A DNA stretch of 64,000 nucleotides from the human T2T-CHM13v2.0 reference genome, Homo sapiens: assembly GCF_009914755.1 (NCBI RefSeq), contig NC_060946.1. One strand, written 5' to 3'. The translations under genes were made by a program, and so were the position numbers. The notes under the pieces are model-generated. The model saw nothing but the letters and a program-made list of their open reading frames with translations. It did no database searches and had not been told where the DNA came from. Shown here in pieces: positions 27,700-40,995 of the stretch. Within the stretch, counting starts at the first letter, position 1. Every line of letters starts with the position of its first letter.

Positions 27700-30000
27700 T
27701 TTATGAAATACATTATTTCTCTCTGCCTACATATGAGATATTTTTGGTCTTGTCATATTATCCCACAAGTTCTTTGGGTTTGCCTATATTTTCCAATCTT
27801 TTTATCTTTCTGATGTTCAGAATAAATAATTTCCATTGATCTATTTTTAAGTCAATTTCTCTTTCTAGTCTCACCTCCATTGTAGTGTGGACTCCATGCT
27901 ATGAACTTTTTCTAAAAATTGGTTATTGAAGACCTTAGTTCTAAAATTTATGTTTGATTCTTCTTTAGATATTCTACTTCTTTGCTGATACGTAAACTTT
28001 CTATTTGTTTCCAGAGTGTTCATCTTACTTCTTAAAGCATGATTATAGAGGCTGCTTTGAAGTCTTTGTGTTATAATTCCAACAGCTGGTTCTTGGGCTT
28101 AGTTTCTGATCATTTTTTTCCTTGTTAGGTAAGTTGGTTTGTTTTGTTTCCCTGGTGCTTTGTATGCTACAGCATTTTTGGATTCTATTACGGACGTTTT
28201 CAACATTCCCTTTTGAGACTCTGGGTATTTTATGGCCTAAGGAGAATGGTGATTTTTGTTCATTTGTTTTTTAACAAGAAGCCAACCAGATTATGTTCAA
28301 GCCTTAAGTTTCAATCTGCCTTCCATGGATTGTAGTTCTAACGTCAGTTTAGTTTTTGAGTTTCTGTATGCTGTTCAGATCAATCCCACATGCGTGTCCA
28401 TTATGGGGCCTGGGCAGTGGTTGGCCTCACTCATCACTCTGTTCTCAAAGGCTACGGTTTGCTTCTCAGGTCAGATCTCCACATACACAGCTTAGAAGTG
28501 AGGCTCAGATTTCATGCACAATTTTATGTGCTCACCCTCTCACTCTGCCTTTTCTCATCATCTCACTAACACCTTCCAGCTCTCTGCAGCTTCCCTTCCT
28601 GGTCCTGGACAGAAAGTCAGGACTTTAGCATCCTGGCCCTGCCACACACTTGCTGTGACTACTTCTTTGTCTGCACCCAAGCACCAGGAGGATGGAAAAG
28701 GAACAAAATAGTGGGGAGTCAGCACATGCTCATGGTTGAGGGTCTCAGCTCCTCCAACCAGAGAGAAAAGCCCAAAGTCCTCTCTCGGGGTCACAGGTGC
28801 CTGATGGACTGCCTTCCATCCCCATGCTGCCATGGTCTCCTCTGCTGTATGGCCCAACGGCTGAGCATTAAGATAAGGAAGAAAGACAAAGAGTGGGGTT
28901 TCCTCCCACACAGTCTGATACTCAGATGTCCCCTTTCCCACTCCTCAGAACAGAACGTGACAGCTCCTTTTGGAGTTTCTTCTCTTTGTTATCAGTGTGC
29001 ATTTACAGTCATGGGCCCCCTTTGCCTTGAGGCCAGGTGATACTAGAAGAAAAAAAAATGATAAACTCTCTAGCAGTCTGGTAGAACATTTAATTCTAGA
29101 CTTTTTCACCAGTCCACATGCTACTGTCTACTTTTCAGACCCTCTGATGCTATTCTGAGCACTCAAGATGTGCAGTTGTGTGAGACGCACAGGGTGCAGC
29201 ATGTTCTCTCCATCTTGCCTGGAACCACGTCCAGAGAGGTACAGGTTGAATTTCCATTTCTGTTCTCATGAGAATGGTTGAACATTATTTCTCATTATTA
29301 GTGGTTATTTGCATTTATCTTCTGTGTTCATAGCTCCAGCTCATTTATCTGAGGGTATTCAATCTTTTTCTTCATTATTTAAAAATAATTTCTGCATATT
29401 AAGGATAACTAATCATAATCTATAATAAACCATACATACGCCCAGTTTGTTATGCATCATTTTACTTTACTTATGGTATTTTTGCCCTGCAAAGGTGTTT
29501 TCATTTTATATATAGTCAAGATAATCCTCCAGGTTTCAGCCAAACTCATCATATTTTTCCAGTACTTACTGTTTGGGTTTTTTTTACATTTATCAAATTG
29601 GAATTTATCCTTATATATGGTGTGGGAAGTGGCCCCGATATTATCTTTTCATATCATTACCGAGTTACTGAGTACTGCTCATCAAATATTTCTTCTGCTG
29701 TTAGAAATGTTGTCCTTTACTGCATACTAAACTTTCACATGTAATTGTGTCTATTTCTGGATTTTCTATTTTCTGCCATTAGTCTCTCTTTTCATGCACT
29801 GACACCTTACTGTTATAATTATAGAGGACTTATGTGATTTTTAAATATCTGACAAGTTAACCTTCCACTCATTGCACCTTTATTTAAAGCTTTTCTCTGG
29901 CTATCTTTGCTTGTTTTTCTGCCGAACTTTGTAAACAGTTTGCCTGCCTATAAATAACAACAACAAGAACACGAAAGACAAAAGCAGATATAATTTTATG
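27700..30000 (-). mobile_element. Degraded ancient L1M fragments
   Basis: T-rich L1-like composition and phrases. Boundaries and subfamily uncertain. Confidence 0.5.
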
Positions 30001-30244
30001 GGAACTTAAGAAAAAAATATATGTAATTGAGATTTTTTTTAATCCCAAGGTAATATATCTTTTTTTAGTTTATTTTGGGGATTTTTAAATTATTTTAAAA
30101 TTATAATTCATGTTAAATTAACTGATTTAGTCTAGCTTACAGTGGTAGTGGCTGGAGAAACAAGATAGCCCAGCCCCTGGTGAGATACTTCTTGCTCTTA
30201 GCAGAGAAGTGGCAAAACACACAGACCCTGGTGTCACGCAGACC

Positions 30245-30365
30245 TTCTTTGAATCTCTGGTTTGCTGCTCCCCAGCTGTGCTGCGCTGGGCAAGTTTCTT
30301 AAGCTCTCTGTGCCCCGAGGCCCTCATCTAGAGAGTGGGGCTCATATGCCTCATCCTCTTCCCAG
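30245..30365 (+). mobile_element. MIR fragment
   Basis: cagctgtgctgcgctgggcaagtttcttaagctctctgtgccccgaggccctcatctagagagtgggg resembles the MIR core. Confidence 0.6.
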
Positions 30366-32141
30366 CTGGTTTTCCTCGCTGGGTGAGTCGCAGGATCTAA
30401 GCTCTCTCTAGTCGTTTTCATTGTCATGCTCCAGTTGTGAGCCTTTTAAAGTTCCATTTTCAAAGCAGATACACATTTTGGGAAGAACAGTCAAGAGGTA
30501 GAGTTCTTTTCCTTCACAGCACAAAATTTATTCTACCTCCACACCAAAAGTTAGAAAGAATAGACACAATTTTAAGTTGGAATTTGATGTTCTATTATTT
30601 AGAGGCTTATTTCTGAAGGAGAAAGTGCATGCATTTACATAATTGGATTCTTATCTGGAGGAAAAGGAACCTTCCAAAACTTTTGAGGTTTGCTTACCAT
30701 TAATAAACCACTTTCCTTTCCCAGTATTTCCAGTAATGACTTCACCAAAGTATGGCCCAGAAAGATATTACAACCTATTTCTCCTGTCATTTCCATCCGT
30801 TCATTCCCAGATGGTTCCCCTACGTGCAGTTCAGGATGGAAAAGTACCGAAATAATTCTGGGCTTTATTTAGAATACTATTAAAATATTTTCATTAACGA
30901 TAACTTAATGGAAAACCCTTTACATTTTCATCTGGTGAGTATTTATCAATCGCCAACATGGCATGTATTCCTGGGCTAGGTGCTGGGGAGGGGGTCCTTG
31001 TCTTAAAGTGAATGCAAAGTCTTCTTGCTGGCCTCCGGATGCTCACATTTTGGTGATTAAGACAGAGCTGTTTCATAACCACGTGGCCCGGTCACTCGTC
31101 TGCCTGTTATTTTTTTCAATCATTCACTTCCTATTCTTTCATCGTGTCATTTGTTAGCTGCACACATCTGTGGGAGGCCATCCTAGCCAGGGCACCTGTG
31201 CCCAGCATTCAGAGTCGGCTGTTTTTAAGACGGTCACTTTCGCAGGCGTTCACAGCAGATCTGTGAGCAGAGATGATAACGCCATGCTGAGGGCTCCGTG
31301 GGGCTCGCCTGGGGGAGCGGGCGAGGTGAAGCGAGGCTGTGAGCGTGAGGAGGGCCGCATTAAACAGCTGACATGCGGGCCTCAGGGCCAGCTCTGCTGG
31401 GCTGCGCTTGATCTGTCTTCCGCATCTACTAACTCATCGCCGACAAACATCTACAGGGGGTACCTTGTCCCAGTCCTCATGCAGACCTGAGGAAGGGCAG
31501 GACACCAGTACCCCATGCACTTGATGACAAGGGACAAGGGTCACGCCGTCAGGTGTTGATCTGCAGGAGCTCGGTGGAGGCAGGACGCTCTGGCAGATGG
31601 GTGGACAGGGTGGCAGACAGGGGAACCTTGGCCCCTCCGGCTTTGCCCCTCCTGGCCTTTGATGTCTGGCAGAGCATCCAGCTGAGATGAACTCCCACTT
31701 CATCAACATTTCAGCCAGAATATGGAGAGATACATTTGGACTTGCATCAGGCAGGTGCGCCTTGGGCACGTGGGCACAGACACCTGCCACTGCAGCAGCT
31801 CTTCTGCTCTCATATCCATCACGGAGGGCGTTGTGGCCTCGGGGAAGGCAGTGGCTCTGCCACCCAGTGGGCCTGGGGTTGGGTGCCAGCTCCACTCCTT
31901 CCCTGCAAATGACCAGACCTCACAGCCCATGTCCTAGTTAAGAAAAAGGCCAAAGGTCAATCATAGCCCGGGTCCTTGAGTTGTGAAAATTCAGTGAACA
32001 GATATGAGAAGAGCAGAACACTTGCAGAGGAGACGTCCTTAAAGACACCACCGCCGGCTCTGTTGAAAGCTGTCAATCAACCAGCCTCCAGCTCTGTTTG
32101 ACACCATCAGGGAACTCTGACGCTTGAGACTGAAGAAGGCT

Positions 32142-32470
32142 GTGAGGTGTGTGTGAATGGGCAGTGTGCATGTATGTTCGTTCCTGCATGTGTGCATGTG
32201 TGTTTGTACCTGCATGTGTGCATGTATGTTCATGTGTGTGTGTGTGTGTGCTCGTGTGAATGGGCAGTATGCATGTGTGTTCATGCCTGCATGTGTGTTC
32301 GTACCTGCATGTGTGCATGTATGTTCATGCGCGCGCGCGTGTGTGTGTGCTTGCATGCATGGGCAGTGTGCATGTGTTCATGCCTGCATGTGTGTGTGCT
32401 CATGCATGTGTGTTGCAAGTGTGTGTCTGTGTGTGCCTGTACACATGTGCTCGCTTGTGCATGTGTGTGT
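32142..32470. repeat. Degenerate (TG/TGCA)n alternating purine-pyrimidine repeat
   Basis: Read directly; includes (GC)5-6 followed by (GT)n near 32329-32350. Confidence 0.9.
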
Positions 32471-32990
32471 AGTTACGGTGCTGGGTGGGTGGGGGCAGGC
32501 AGAATATTCTTTTGATGTCTTTAAGCTCAGAGGTGATGGGATTTGAGACCTGGCTCTCCCTCAGCCCCAGGAGCCCACTCAGCCTACATGCATCCATCAG
32601 GCCCCCTGGGCATCTGCTGTGGTTCTGACATGGCCTCGTCAGGCACTTTACCTGATGTCAAAACTCAGAAATGTCACTTCTCATTGTTGGAAAATGAAGA
32701 TCAGCTCAGAAGAAGCTCTCCAGCCTATGGAATACTCTGGGGAGGATGGGCCAACAGCATCTTTAACGGGCATAATGGAATCTGGAGCTCTTTGGAAAGA
32801 AATGGGAAGAAGTGAGGGTCATTTGCTGAGTGTAACTGCATCTCCAGGTCCCAGGATATCCTGGCTGCAGCTAATAGCAGAACATGTCTGCAACTAGAAA
32901 TACCAGATCAGAAGTGCAGGTGAGAGGAGAGCAGCAGACGCCTGTCCTGGAACAACTTCCAGCAGACGTGGTGCAGTTTCCTAGCTGGAG

Positions 32991-32994
<4 letters not shown>

Positions 32995-33034
<40 letters not shown>

Positions 33035-33199
33035 ATGAATGTGTGCATGTGTGCATGTGATTATGTGCATGTGTGTGCGTGGGTGTGTGTGATTGTGTGT
33101 GCATGTGTGCATGTGTGAGTGTATGCAAGTGATTGTGTGTGAGTGTGTGTGTGCATACGTGATTTTGTGTGAGTGAGTGTGTGTGCGGGGGGGGGGGGG
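32995..33199. repeat. (TG)n microsatellite, degenerate extension and terminal G13 run
   Basis: Pure TG 32996-33030; G13 at 33187-33199. Confidence 0.9.
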
Positions 33200-34238
33200 C
33201 TTGCTATGTTTTCCTTTTGTCTCATTGAGGTGCAGATCCTGGCCTATGAATCCTCTGCAGACCCACCAGTTGGATTTGAAGTTCCACAGGCAGGTGTCCT
33301 CTGCGCTGCCTGAGCTGGGGGCTGTGCTCACCCACTTGAGTTATAACAGAGAAGGGCCCATGACCCCTGTGCCCATGTCAACCCTGCTCCAGGGCTTGGG
33401 GCCGGCGCTGGCTGCATGGTGCCTGCCCCTCTGGGAGGCTATTCTCTTGCTGGGAGAAGATCTGAGTGCAAACACAACCAGCCCCAGCCGCCATGCCCTC
33501 CAGACACTCGCTGGCCTCTGTTCTAGTTCCCAATTGTGCTGGAGGGACAGAGAGCTGCCTTTCTGTGAAAATGGCCCATGGCCACCTGCAGGGTCCTGGC
33601 TCTTTCTGTGGTGGTTGGAAGGGACATGGCCACGGCTCATCCTGCAGGAAGTCGTTCAGCACCATCCATCCCTGCAGTGGAGAAGCCAGGCCAGGCAGGC
33701 GGGGTTCCAGGAGTCCAGCAGCCCAGGAGGCCACACTGGGGTCAAGTGCAGCTTGGCCACTGGGCAGCGTGGGGAGCCAGGCAGGCCCTTCCTGTCCACC
33801 TCTGTCATCTGCAAAGCAGACAGCCGTGGGGCAGGGATGACCCCTGTACATCAGCCATGAGGGGACTGTGAGTGCAGCGTGAATGTCCTCAAATCCTAGA
33901 ACCCTAGATAGAGCAGATGGGGTGTGGGCAGCTCTCATCCTTCTCTTAGGAGTTTCCCAGCAAAACCTCGGAGGACCTCTGGCCAACACATCCCCTCTGA
34001 CTCCTCCCTCTCAGTAAGGAGGACTGGGAGGGGAGCAAGCAGCCCCCGCAGGGGAGAGAGGCCTTGCAGCCCAGAGGACAGCTGCTCCTTCCTCGGGGCC
34101 TCTGTGGCCCGGCCAGCCTCAGCCTCAGCCTCAGGACGCAGTGTCCTCTCTGCTGCTCTGGGTGGTCTCAGCAACTATATTCAGGGTCAGGATTTCCGCA
34201 GAGCTCCCACATTCCTGGATGTGAGAGGCCGGCAGATG

Positions 34239-34803
34239 TGCTAGGGAAGCAGGAGCCCAGGAGAGCCAGAGCGGCACCATTTTAAAATCAGCTGCACCTT
34301 AAAACTAGCAGGGCACATTCCTTGCCAGTCACTACGCATGGTCCTAAGATGTTTACAGCGAAGGAAGCAGCTTGCTGACGGTGGTAAGGACAAACTACTC
34401 CAACAACAGAAAGTCCAGATGTCTAATACCCATAACAATATATGCTTTCAAGATATAGTTATGCTTTGATGTACTCACACACTAGAATGTCAAGGAAAGT
34501 TTTCTTTAAATCAATAGAATAATACATCTTGTCATGCTGTCTCCCGTTGTGCACATACACACAGCTTAGTTTAGTCTTTACATTGACAAGACCCCTAGGT
34601 AAAAAAAAAAATAAAAAATAAAAAATAAGCCTTAGAACAGAGATGGGGCATTCTTCCACTGGCTGTCTCAGCACGCCCTCCTCCGAAGTGGAGCAGCTTT
34701 CAGTAAACCCTCTCCTCTCACTGCACTCTGCAACTTGCCTTGAATTTCTTCAGATCCAAGACCCTCTCTTGGGGCCTGGATCAAGATCCCTTTTCTGCCA
34801 GCA
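34239..34803 (+). mobile_element. Solo ERV1 LTR, MER41 family (MER41E-like)
   Basis: tgctagggaagcaggagcccaggagagccagagcggcaccattttaaaatc ... gatccaagaccctctcttggggcctggatcaagatcccttttctgccagca; TG/CA ends; 4-bp TSD gatg/ggtg. Confidence 0.8.
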
Positions 34804-34929
34804 GGTGCCACTTGACCTGTGCGTAGCATAAACCCCGCAAATGGCAGCTGCAAGTTTAAATAAATGCCTCCTGCTGTCTGGAAATGCCTCCTCCTTCTGG
34901 GGCTGTGGTCCTCTCTGGTGCTTTTACGG

Positions 34930-35543
34930 CAGAGTCCCCAACCATTTTGGCTCTAGGGATTGGTTTCCTGGAAGACGATATTTCCACGGACGGAAGTAGG
35001 GGGGATGATGGTTCTGGGATGAAGCTGTTCCACCTCAGACTCAGAACGTCAGATACGCAAAAGGAGTGCACAACTTAGATCCTTTTTACTTTATTCATTC
35101 TTTTTGAGATGGAGTTTTGCTTTTGTGGTCCAGGCTGGAGTGCAAAGGTGCGGTCTCAGCCCGCTGCAAACTCTGCCTCCCAGGTTCAAGCGATTCTTTT
35201 GCCTCAGTCCCCTGAGTAGCTGGGATTACAGGCATGCACCACCATGCCTGGCTAACTTTTGTATTTTTAGTAGAGACGAGGTTTCACCATGTCAGCCAGG
35301 CTGGTCTCAAACCAGGCTGATCCACCCACTTCAGCCTCCCAAAGTGCTGGGATTACAGGCGTGAGCCACCGCACCCGGCCGGATCCTTTGCATGTGCAGG
35401 TCACAATAGGGTTTGCGCTCCTATAAGAATCTAGTGCCACGGCTGATCTGATAGGAGGCGGAGCTCGGGCAGTAATATTTCCTGCCACTCACCTCCCGCA
35501 GTACGGCTGGTACCGACCGTGGCCCAGGGATTGGGAACCCCCG
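34930..35543 (+). mobile_element. MER1 (MER1B-like) hAT-Charlie fossil interrupted by an Alu
   Basis: TIR-like ends cagagtccccaacc and gattgggaacccccg; internal gaagctgttccacctcaga and acaatagggtttgcgctcctataagaatcta. Confidence 0.8.
35086..35380 (-). mobile_element. AluS (Sp/Sq-like)
   Basis: Reverse Alu ending gtgagccaccgcacccggcc; TSD gatccttt on both sides. Confidence 0.93.
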
Positions 35544-35732
35544 GTTTGTAGGATGCAGGAGAAGGGAGGCTCCCAGGAGAAGGAAGCTTCAGCCATGGGC
35601 GGATGACCTGGAACCTGGGTTGGGGGACAGGCTGCCAGGCCCAGTGTCTGCAGCGGTCAGCCCCTTCTGCTCTGTAGGATGCACCTGGCAGAGAAGATGG
35701 ATGACCTTGGACAGGACCCAGGTTATGCTGTG

Positions 35733-36153
35733 CCCATGAGTTTCCCGGGGATGCCACGACCAAGTACAACAAACTGGGGTGGGCACAGGCAGGAGTGAAA
35801 TCCATTCTCTCCCTGTCCTGGGGCCTGAAGCCTGAGACCAAGGTGGGCTGCACTCCCTGCAGGGGCTCTAGGGAGGACCTTTCCTGCCCCCTCGCTCTTC
35901 TGGCGGTGGCCGTGACCCTTGGTGCCAACCTCTTTACCTCCATCTTCACTGTCCCTCCCCTGCCTTCTTCTCTGTGTCCACAGGTCTTCTAAAGACACCA
36001 GTCATTGGACTTAGGGCACATCTGATTAATCCAGGATGACCTCATCTCAAGATCCGTAACTTGATTACATCTGCAAAGACCCTTGTTCCAAGAAAGGCAC
36101 AGTCCCAGGTTCACAGTGAGCCTGTTCTGGGGGCCCCCATTCAGCCCATTACA
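35733..36153 (-). mobile_element. Solo LTR MLT1 (MLT1B/C-like, ERVL-MaLR)
   Basis: aaagacaccagtcattggacttagggc...aatccaggatgacctcatctcaagatccgtaacttgattacatctgcaaagaccct...attcagcccattaca. Confidence 0.8.
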
Positions 36154-38500
36154 CAGCTTGTGGGCTGTGCTAAGAGTGAATCAGGCCTGCCTTCCCAGTC
36201 TCCCCTGCTTCCTTCTCTGGAAATTGGCATGAACCGTGTGCCAGGCCGGCTTGTAGGCTTGCAGGGAGGGTGGGTGGATTCGCGTCTGGTTGCCAGCAGC
36301 CCCCGGCAAGGGACTGGTGAATTCTTGAACTGTGGGTCATTCCCAGAGGCTTTTGTACTCCATCCTGTGTACCCCATCCTGCTTGGAATGTCCCTTGTCC
36401 CCAGCAAGATTTGGGGTTCGGTTAGGAGGGACATTTGTGCTAGGAGTGGTGCTGGCTCCTCAGGATCCTGGGCATAAAAAGGGGAGCTCTGCCAGCTGGG
36501 CCGCCTTGCTCCCCATCACAGAGAGTCAGCTGGGCCTGGCACCTGGAAGGGGGACTTTGAACAAGTGTGTGTGCCCTGAGACATGCCTAAGTTGAGGTAC
36601 CGAATTGGCTTCTCCCTCCCAGGACTCAGAGTGAGGCCCTTTCAGGCCATTCCTGAAAGAATAGTCACCCCCGTGACCCATGTCCACTGCCCGTCCACGC
36701 TATGGGTTAGATTGGAAAGAAGTGAGGAAGAAATTACTCAAACTAAGGATGCAACATTAGCATAAGATGCTTTGCATATTTTACAATCTTGTTTTCAAAG
36801 AATGATTTCAAGCCCGTCTCTCATTTACTGTCTGAAAGCGTCGCGAGCGCAGCCCGCCAGCTCTGGCCCCAGAACGTTTTATTGCTTCTTGCGCTCGCTG
36901 CTGTCCTGGGATTCCTACAATTTCATTATGTACCAAGAATGTCGTTTCTGCACCAGTAAGCTTATCGCTCTTTTCTGACCGGGTTGGTCTGGAGGTTTGA
37001 GAGCTCCCAGCCCAGGCTGAGGAGGATCTAGTGGCTCAGGGTAGAGAGGGGACCAGAGCTCAAGATCCCAGCCTGGCACAGGCCTCAGTGCACTGTGCAC
37101 AGGGACCTCCTTGTTGGATTGTGGACTTAGAAAGGCTCTCCCTCCCTGAATGCTCAGACCAGCATCTCATAAACTGGGTTAGCATGAAGTCAGGGGAATG
37201 GGAGATCATTTTCACTCTCTCCTCAAAGACACAAAGGAGACCGTACTCACCTGAGGGCACACCCTGGCATAACGGTCTTGGCGCGACCCCATCCGGAGTC
37301 GGGAGTCTGGGCCTGCCACCAGGGCAGGAGGCAGTGGGGGCTACTCACTCACCTGGGGTCCCGGGACCCTGAGGCTGGGCTGCTTTTCCCAGACTTTGGG
37401 AGTCATTTACCCTTGCGGAGGGGCTTCTAGATTCCGAAGGCTTTGGCGAATGCCATCTTCCTGTGGCTGCTTCTGCGACTGAGCTTAGAAATTGTTAGGG
37501 AGGCTTTTTAGAATCTTCCAGGGAATTCTGCAGGCTCCAAAGGGCAGCCTTCAGCACGAGGGCGTCTGCTGGCAGACAGTGGGGTGCAGGCGATGTGCAG
37601 GGAAGAGCTGAGCCCTCCCAGATTGGGGGTGCTGGAGTTGCCCAGACAGGGAGAGGCCGGTGGGGCTGCTGCTGTTTTCCACCTTGCCCCGAGGGCTGAA
37701 CAAAGGAGATTTTCTACGATGGTGAGGGTGCTCCATAGGGACTCGGCACAGGGGGGACGTGTTGTGCCAATCCCGGCCGACTGTCGGCACCAGCTCAGCT
37801 GTGTCCTGCCAGGTCACTGAGGCTTTTACTTGTGTCTTTCTCTGAGCTCCACAGAGGATGGGGAAGTACACGGGGCTCAGAGACCCAGACACAGCTGGGG
37901 ACATTGGCTTTCCCAGGGTGCCCTTCCTCCAACCTGGGGTGCAATGTGTCCCCTCTGGGGCCTGCCACGGTGGAGCACAGGCAGGTGCTCCCACTGCCTC
38001 TCGCTGGACAGTCACAGAAAAGCCCTTTGCTGTGGAACCACCAGCCTATTAGCTGTACACACTGCAGACCCAGAGCATGTAGTGTGTGCACACAAACGTG
38101 CACACTTACACACTTACACATGATTCAAGAGGGAAAGGGTCCAAAGCGGGTTGTCCAGAATGCGGGCGGATGTTCACGGAAGAGCAAACACGCAGCCCCA
38201 CACATGCTGGGCCCTAATTGCCTAAGAGAGGGCGGGTGCCGGCCCCGGGGAGCCTGTGGCTCAGCAGAGCATGCAGCTGGGGAGGAGGGTGAACTGGCCA
38301 GCATGCTGGCCTCTGCTGGCTTCTCCTTGACCTCACCGGGGTTAATGTGGACCTTAGGCCTGGGTGCGTCCCTTCCACACTTGACCCTGGAGTCCCCAGC
38401 AACTTAGTGAGTGATCCTGGAACAAAGAAGCCAGACCCATTGTCTTCCTGCTACTCAAGGCCTAGCACCTTCCTCCCAAGAGAAACCTACCCGTTCCCAC

Positions 38501-38670
38501 CCAGGCAGCCTCCTCTCCCCATCCCTCCCGTCCTCCTGCAGCCCCAGGCATCTCTCCACCCAGGCAGGCTCCTCTCCCATCCCTCCCATCCTCCCGCAGC
38601 CCCAGGCATCTCCAACCAGGCAGCCTCCTCTCCCCGTGCCTCCCATCCTCCCGCAGCCCCAGGCATCTCT
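38501..38670. repeat. Minisatellite, 3 x ~57 bp, C-rich
   Basis: Unit ccaggcagcctcctctccccatccctcccatcctcccgcagccccaggcatctc... Confidence 0.9.
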
Positions 38671-39045
38671 GGTCCTCAATGTGCCTTCTGGCCTTTGAGC
38701 TTGCTGTTCTTTCCCGGGTTCCTTCTCCGCTTGGCTCTAGGGCTCCCTCCTTCTTCCCCATGTCTTATGGAATGCTGCTATCCACAGTTCAACCTCACTC
38801 CTTCCTTACTTCCCGCCCCGCCTGGCCTGGTTTTTTGCTTCTCTCCTTGCCTTACCCACTCATCATGACGCTCATTTTGAGGTGAAGCTTGTTTATGTCC
38901 GTCCAATGCAAGCCCCTGGGGGCAGGGCTTGTGTCTCTCTTTGTTCCGTGCTGCATTCCCAGGAGGCAGCCACCGTCAGGATGGTCTGGTGTCTGCCTTG
39001 GAAGGAGGGAACAAGAGGACTGGATGTCCTGGTGCTCAGACGCCA

Positions 39046-39115
39046 GTGCCCCAGAGGCTGGCTGCCTGTTGACAGCGTGGGTGCCCCAGAGGCTGGCTGC
39101 CTGTTGACAGCGTGG
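39046..39115. repeat. Perfect 35-bp tandem duplication
   Basis: gtgccccagaggctggctgcctgttgacagcgtgg x2. Confidence 0.95.
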
Positions 39116-40154
39116 ATGCTTGGTACCAGTGCCTCTGGGTCTGCAGCCTTGGCCTTGGCCTTCCCTGACACAAAGCCCAGCCTGGCCCACCGTGGACACA
39201 CGCAGAGACCCAAGCATCTCTCTCAGCCCAGAGCCTGGGAGGGGGCAGCACAGGGAGCAGTCCCTGGACACCCAGAGTGACTTCAAGGAGCTGAATCTTA
39301 TTAAAGAACAGACAGCATTGAAAAACAATTTGATGTCGATGAATGTTCACCCCCGCCCCCTCCCCGCCACGCATTTTAACAGCCACTGACACTGCACCTT
39401 CCAAATCCGTTTTATTCTGGTTTGAACAGCTCTACTCCATGGAAATGGCTTAATCGGATTCCTCTGTTCCTTCCAGGCAGGCAATCCAGGGTGCTGTGTT
39501 TACTTTCCAGACTTGCTAGACTGTATGAAAACAGACAGCTTGTACCTGTGCCAATGTGGCGTCTGTATTTTGGGCAGGGATCGAACATAAATAGACTATT
39601 TTGAGGGTGCCTGGCCAGACTTTTCTTCCTTCCCCAAACCCCATGTGCCAAATCTTTCTGCATGCAGCTAATTCTATAGTTAGTACTTGCCTCTCTCCTA
39701 TGATGCTATTATTTAAAGCTTGATTTCTTTGGAGAAAAGGATGCTTAAAAATGCTGCCCGGCTGGGTTGGGAACCTGCCCCATGTGCCAGACATCATATG
39801 ACCTATTTTCTAGGTGGGATTGGTTGCTGGGAACTGTGGCCCCACGGAGGAGCGCTATCATTTCAGGAGGCCTGGAATGAATATTTGTACTCGTTGACTC
39901 GCTAATGCCAGAAACTTGAGAAGTAACTTTTTAAAAACAGATGTGAAAACTGCAATTTCAGTGAAGCAAATGGCCCACATGGAAATGGCTGTCAAAGAGA
40001 ATTTCAGTCTGCCTCCTCTGTTTCCCCAGGACTCAAGTCTCACCCATTTAACTACGTTGTCTCCGAGAAGCAGATGTGGGCTCTATACTGAACATTTGGT
40101 TTGCAATTCTGTTTAAGTGATGCCTTGCTTGCTTACTTCTGAATATGAAAATAA

Positions 40155-40451
<297 letters not shown>

Positions 40452-40729
40452 AATAATAAATTATTAATTGATGCACGGAATGTCAGGTTGTCAGCCACCC
40501 TGAGGGTTCCCTTCTCCATCGCTGCTGTGAAGAGCCGTGGGTGGTTTGCAGGAGGGAACAGCCATGTGCAGGTGACAGCATCGGCTCCACTGCACAGGCT
40601 GCCCAGGGCGCTCAGAAAGGACAGGCCCGCGGTGCTAGTAGCAGACGGTGACTGTGCTTAGGAGGCCGGAGCCATGTCTGCCACAGAGAAAGCTGAGTAT
40701 GAACATGGACCCTGATGGGAGGTATCACC

Positions 40730-40995
40730 TCCAGCAGTGGCCCTAATGCTAAATCTGAGTCTCCTTCAGACGTAAGAAATACAGTTTTGTTGGAACATAC
40801 CCACGCCCATGTGTTTAATGATTGGGGCTTTGCACCCAGCACAGCAGCAGCTGACGAGTAACAGGCCACGTGTCCCTAACGGCTAAATTATTTCCAATCT
40901 TTTCCCGGTTATAGACAGATCTGACCTTCACAGAATATCCGTTACTATCCCCTACCATTTACCCCGCTGTAAAACAAGTTCACTGACTCCTGGTC
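40730..40995. mobile_element. Degraded MER58-like hAT fossil
   Basis: aatacagttttgttggaacatacccacgcccatgtgttta and aaaacaagttcactgactcctg. Confidence 0.55.
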
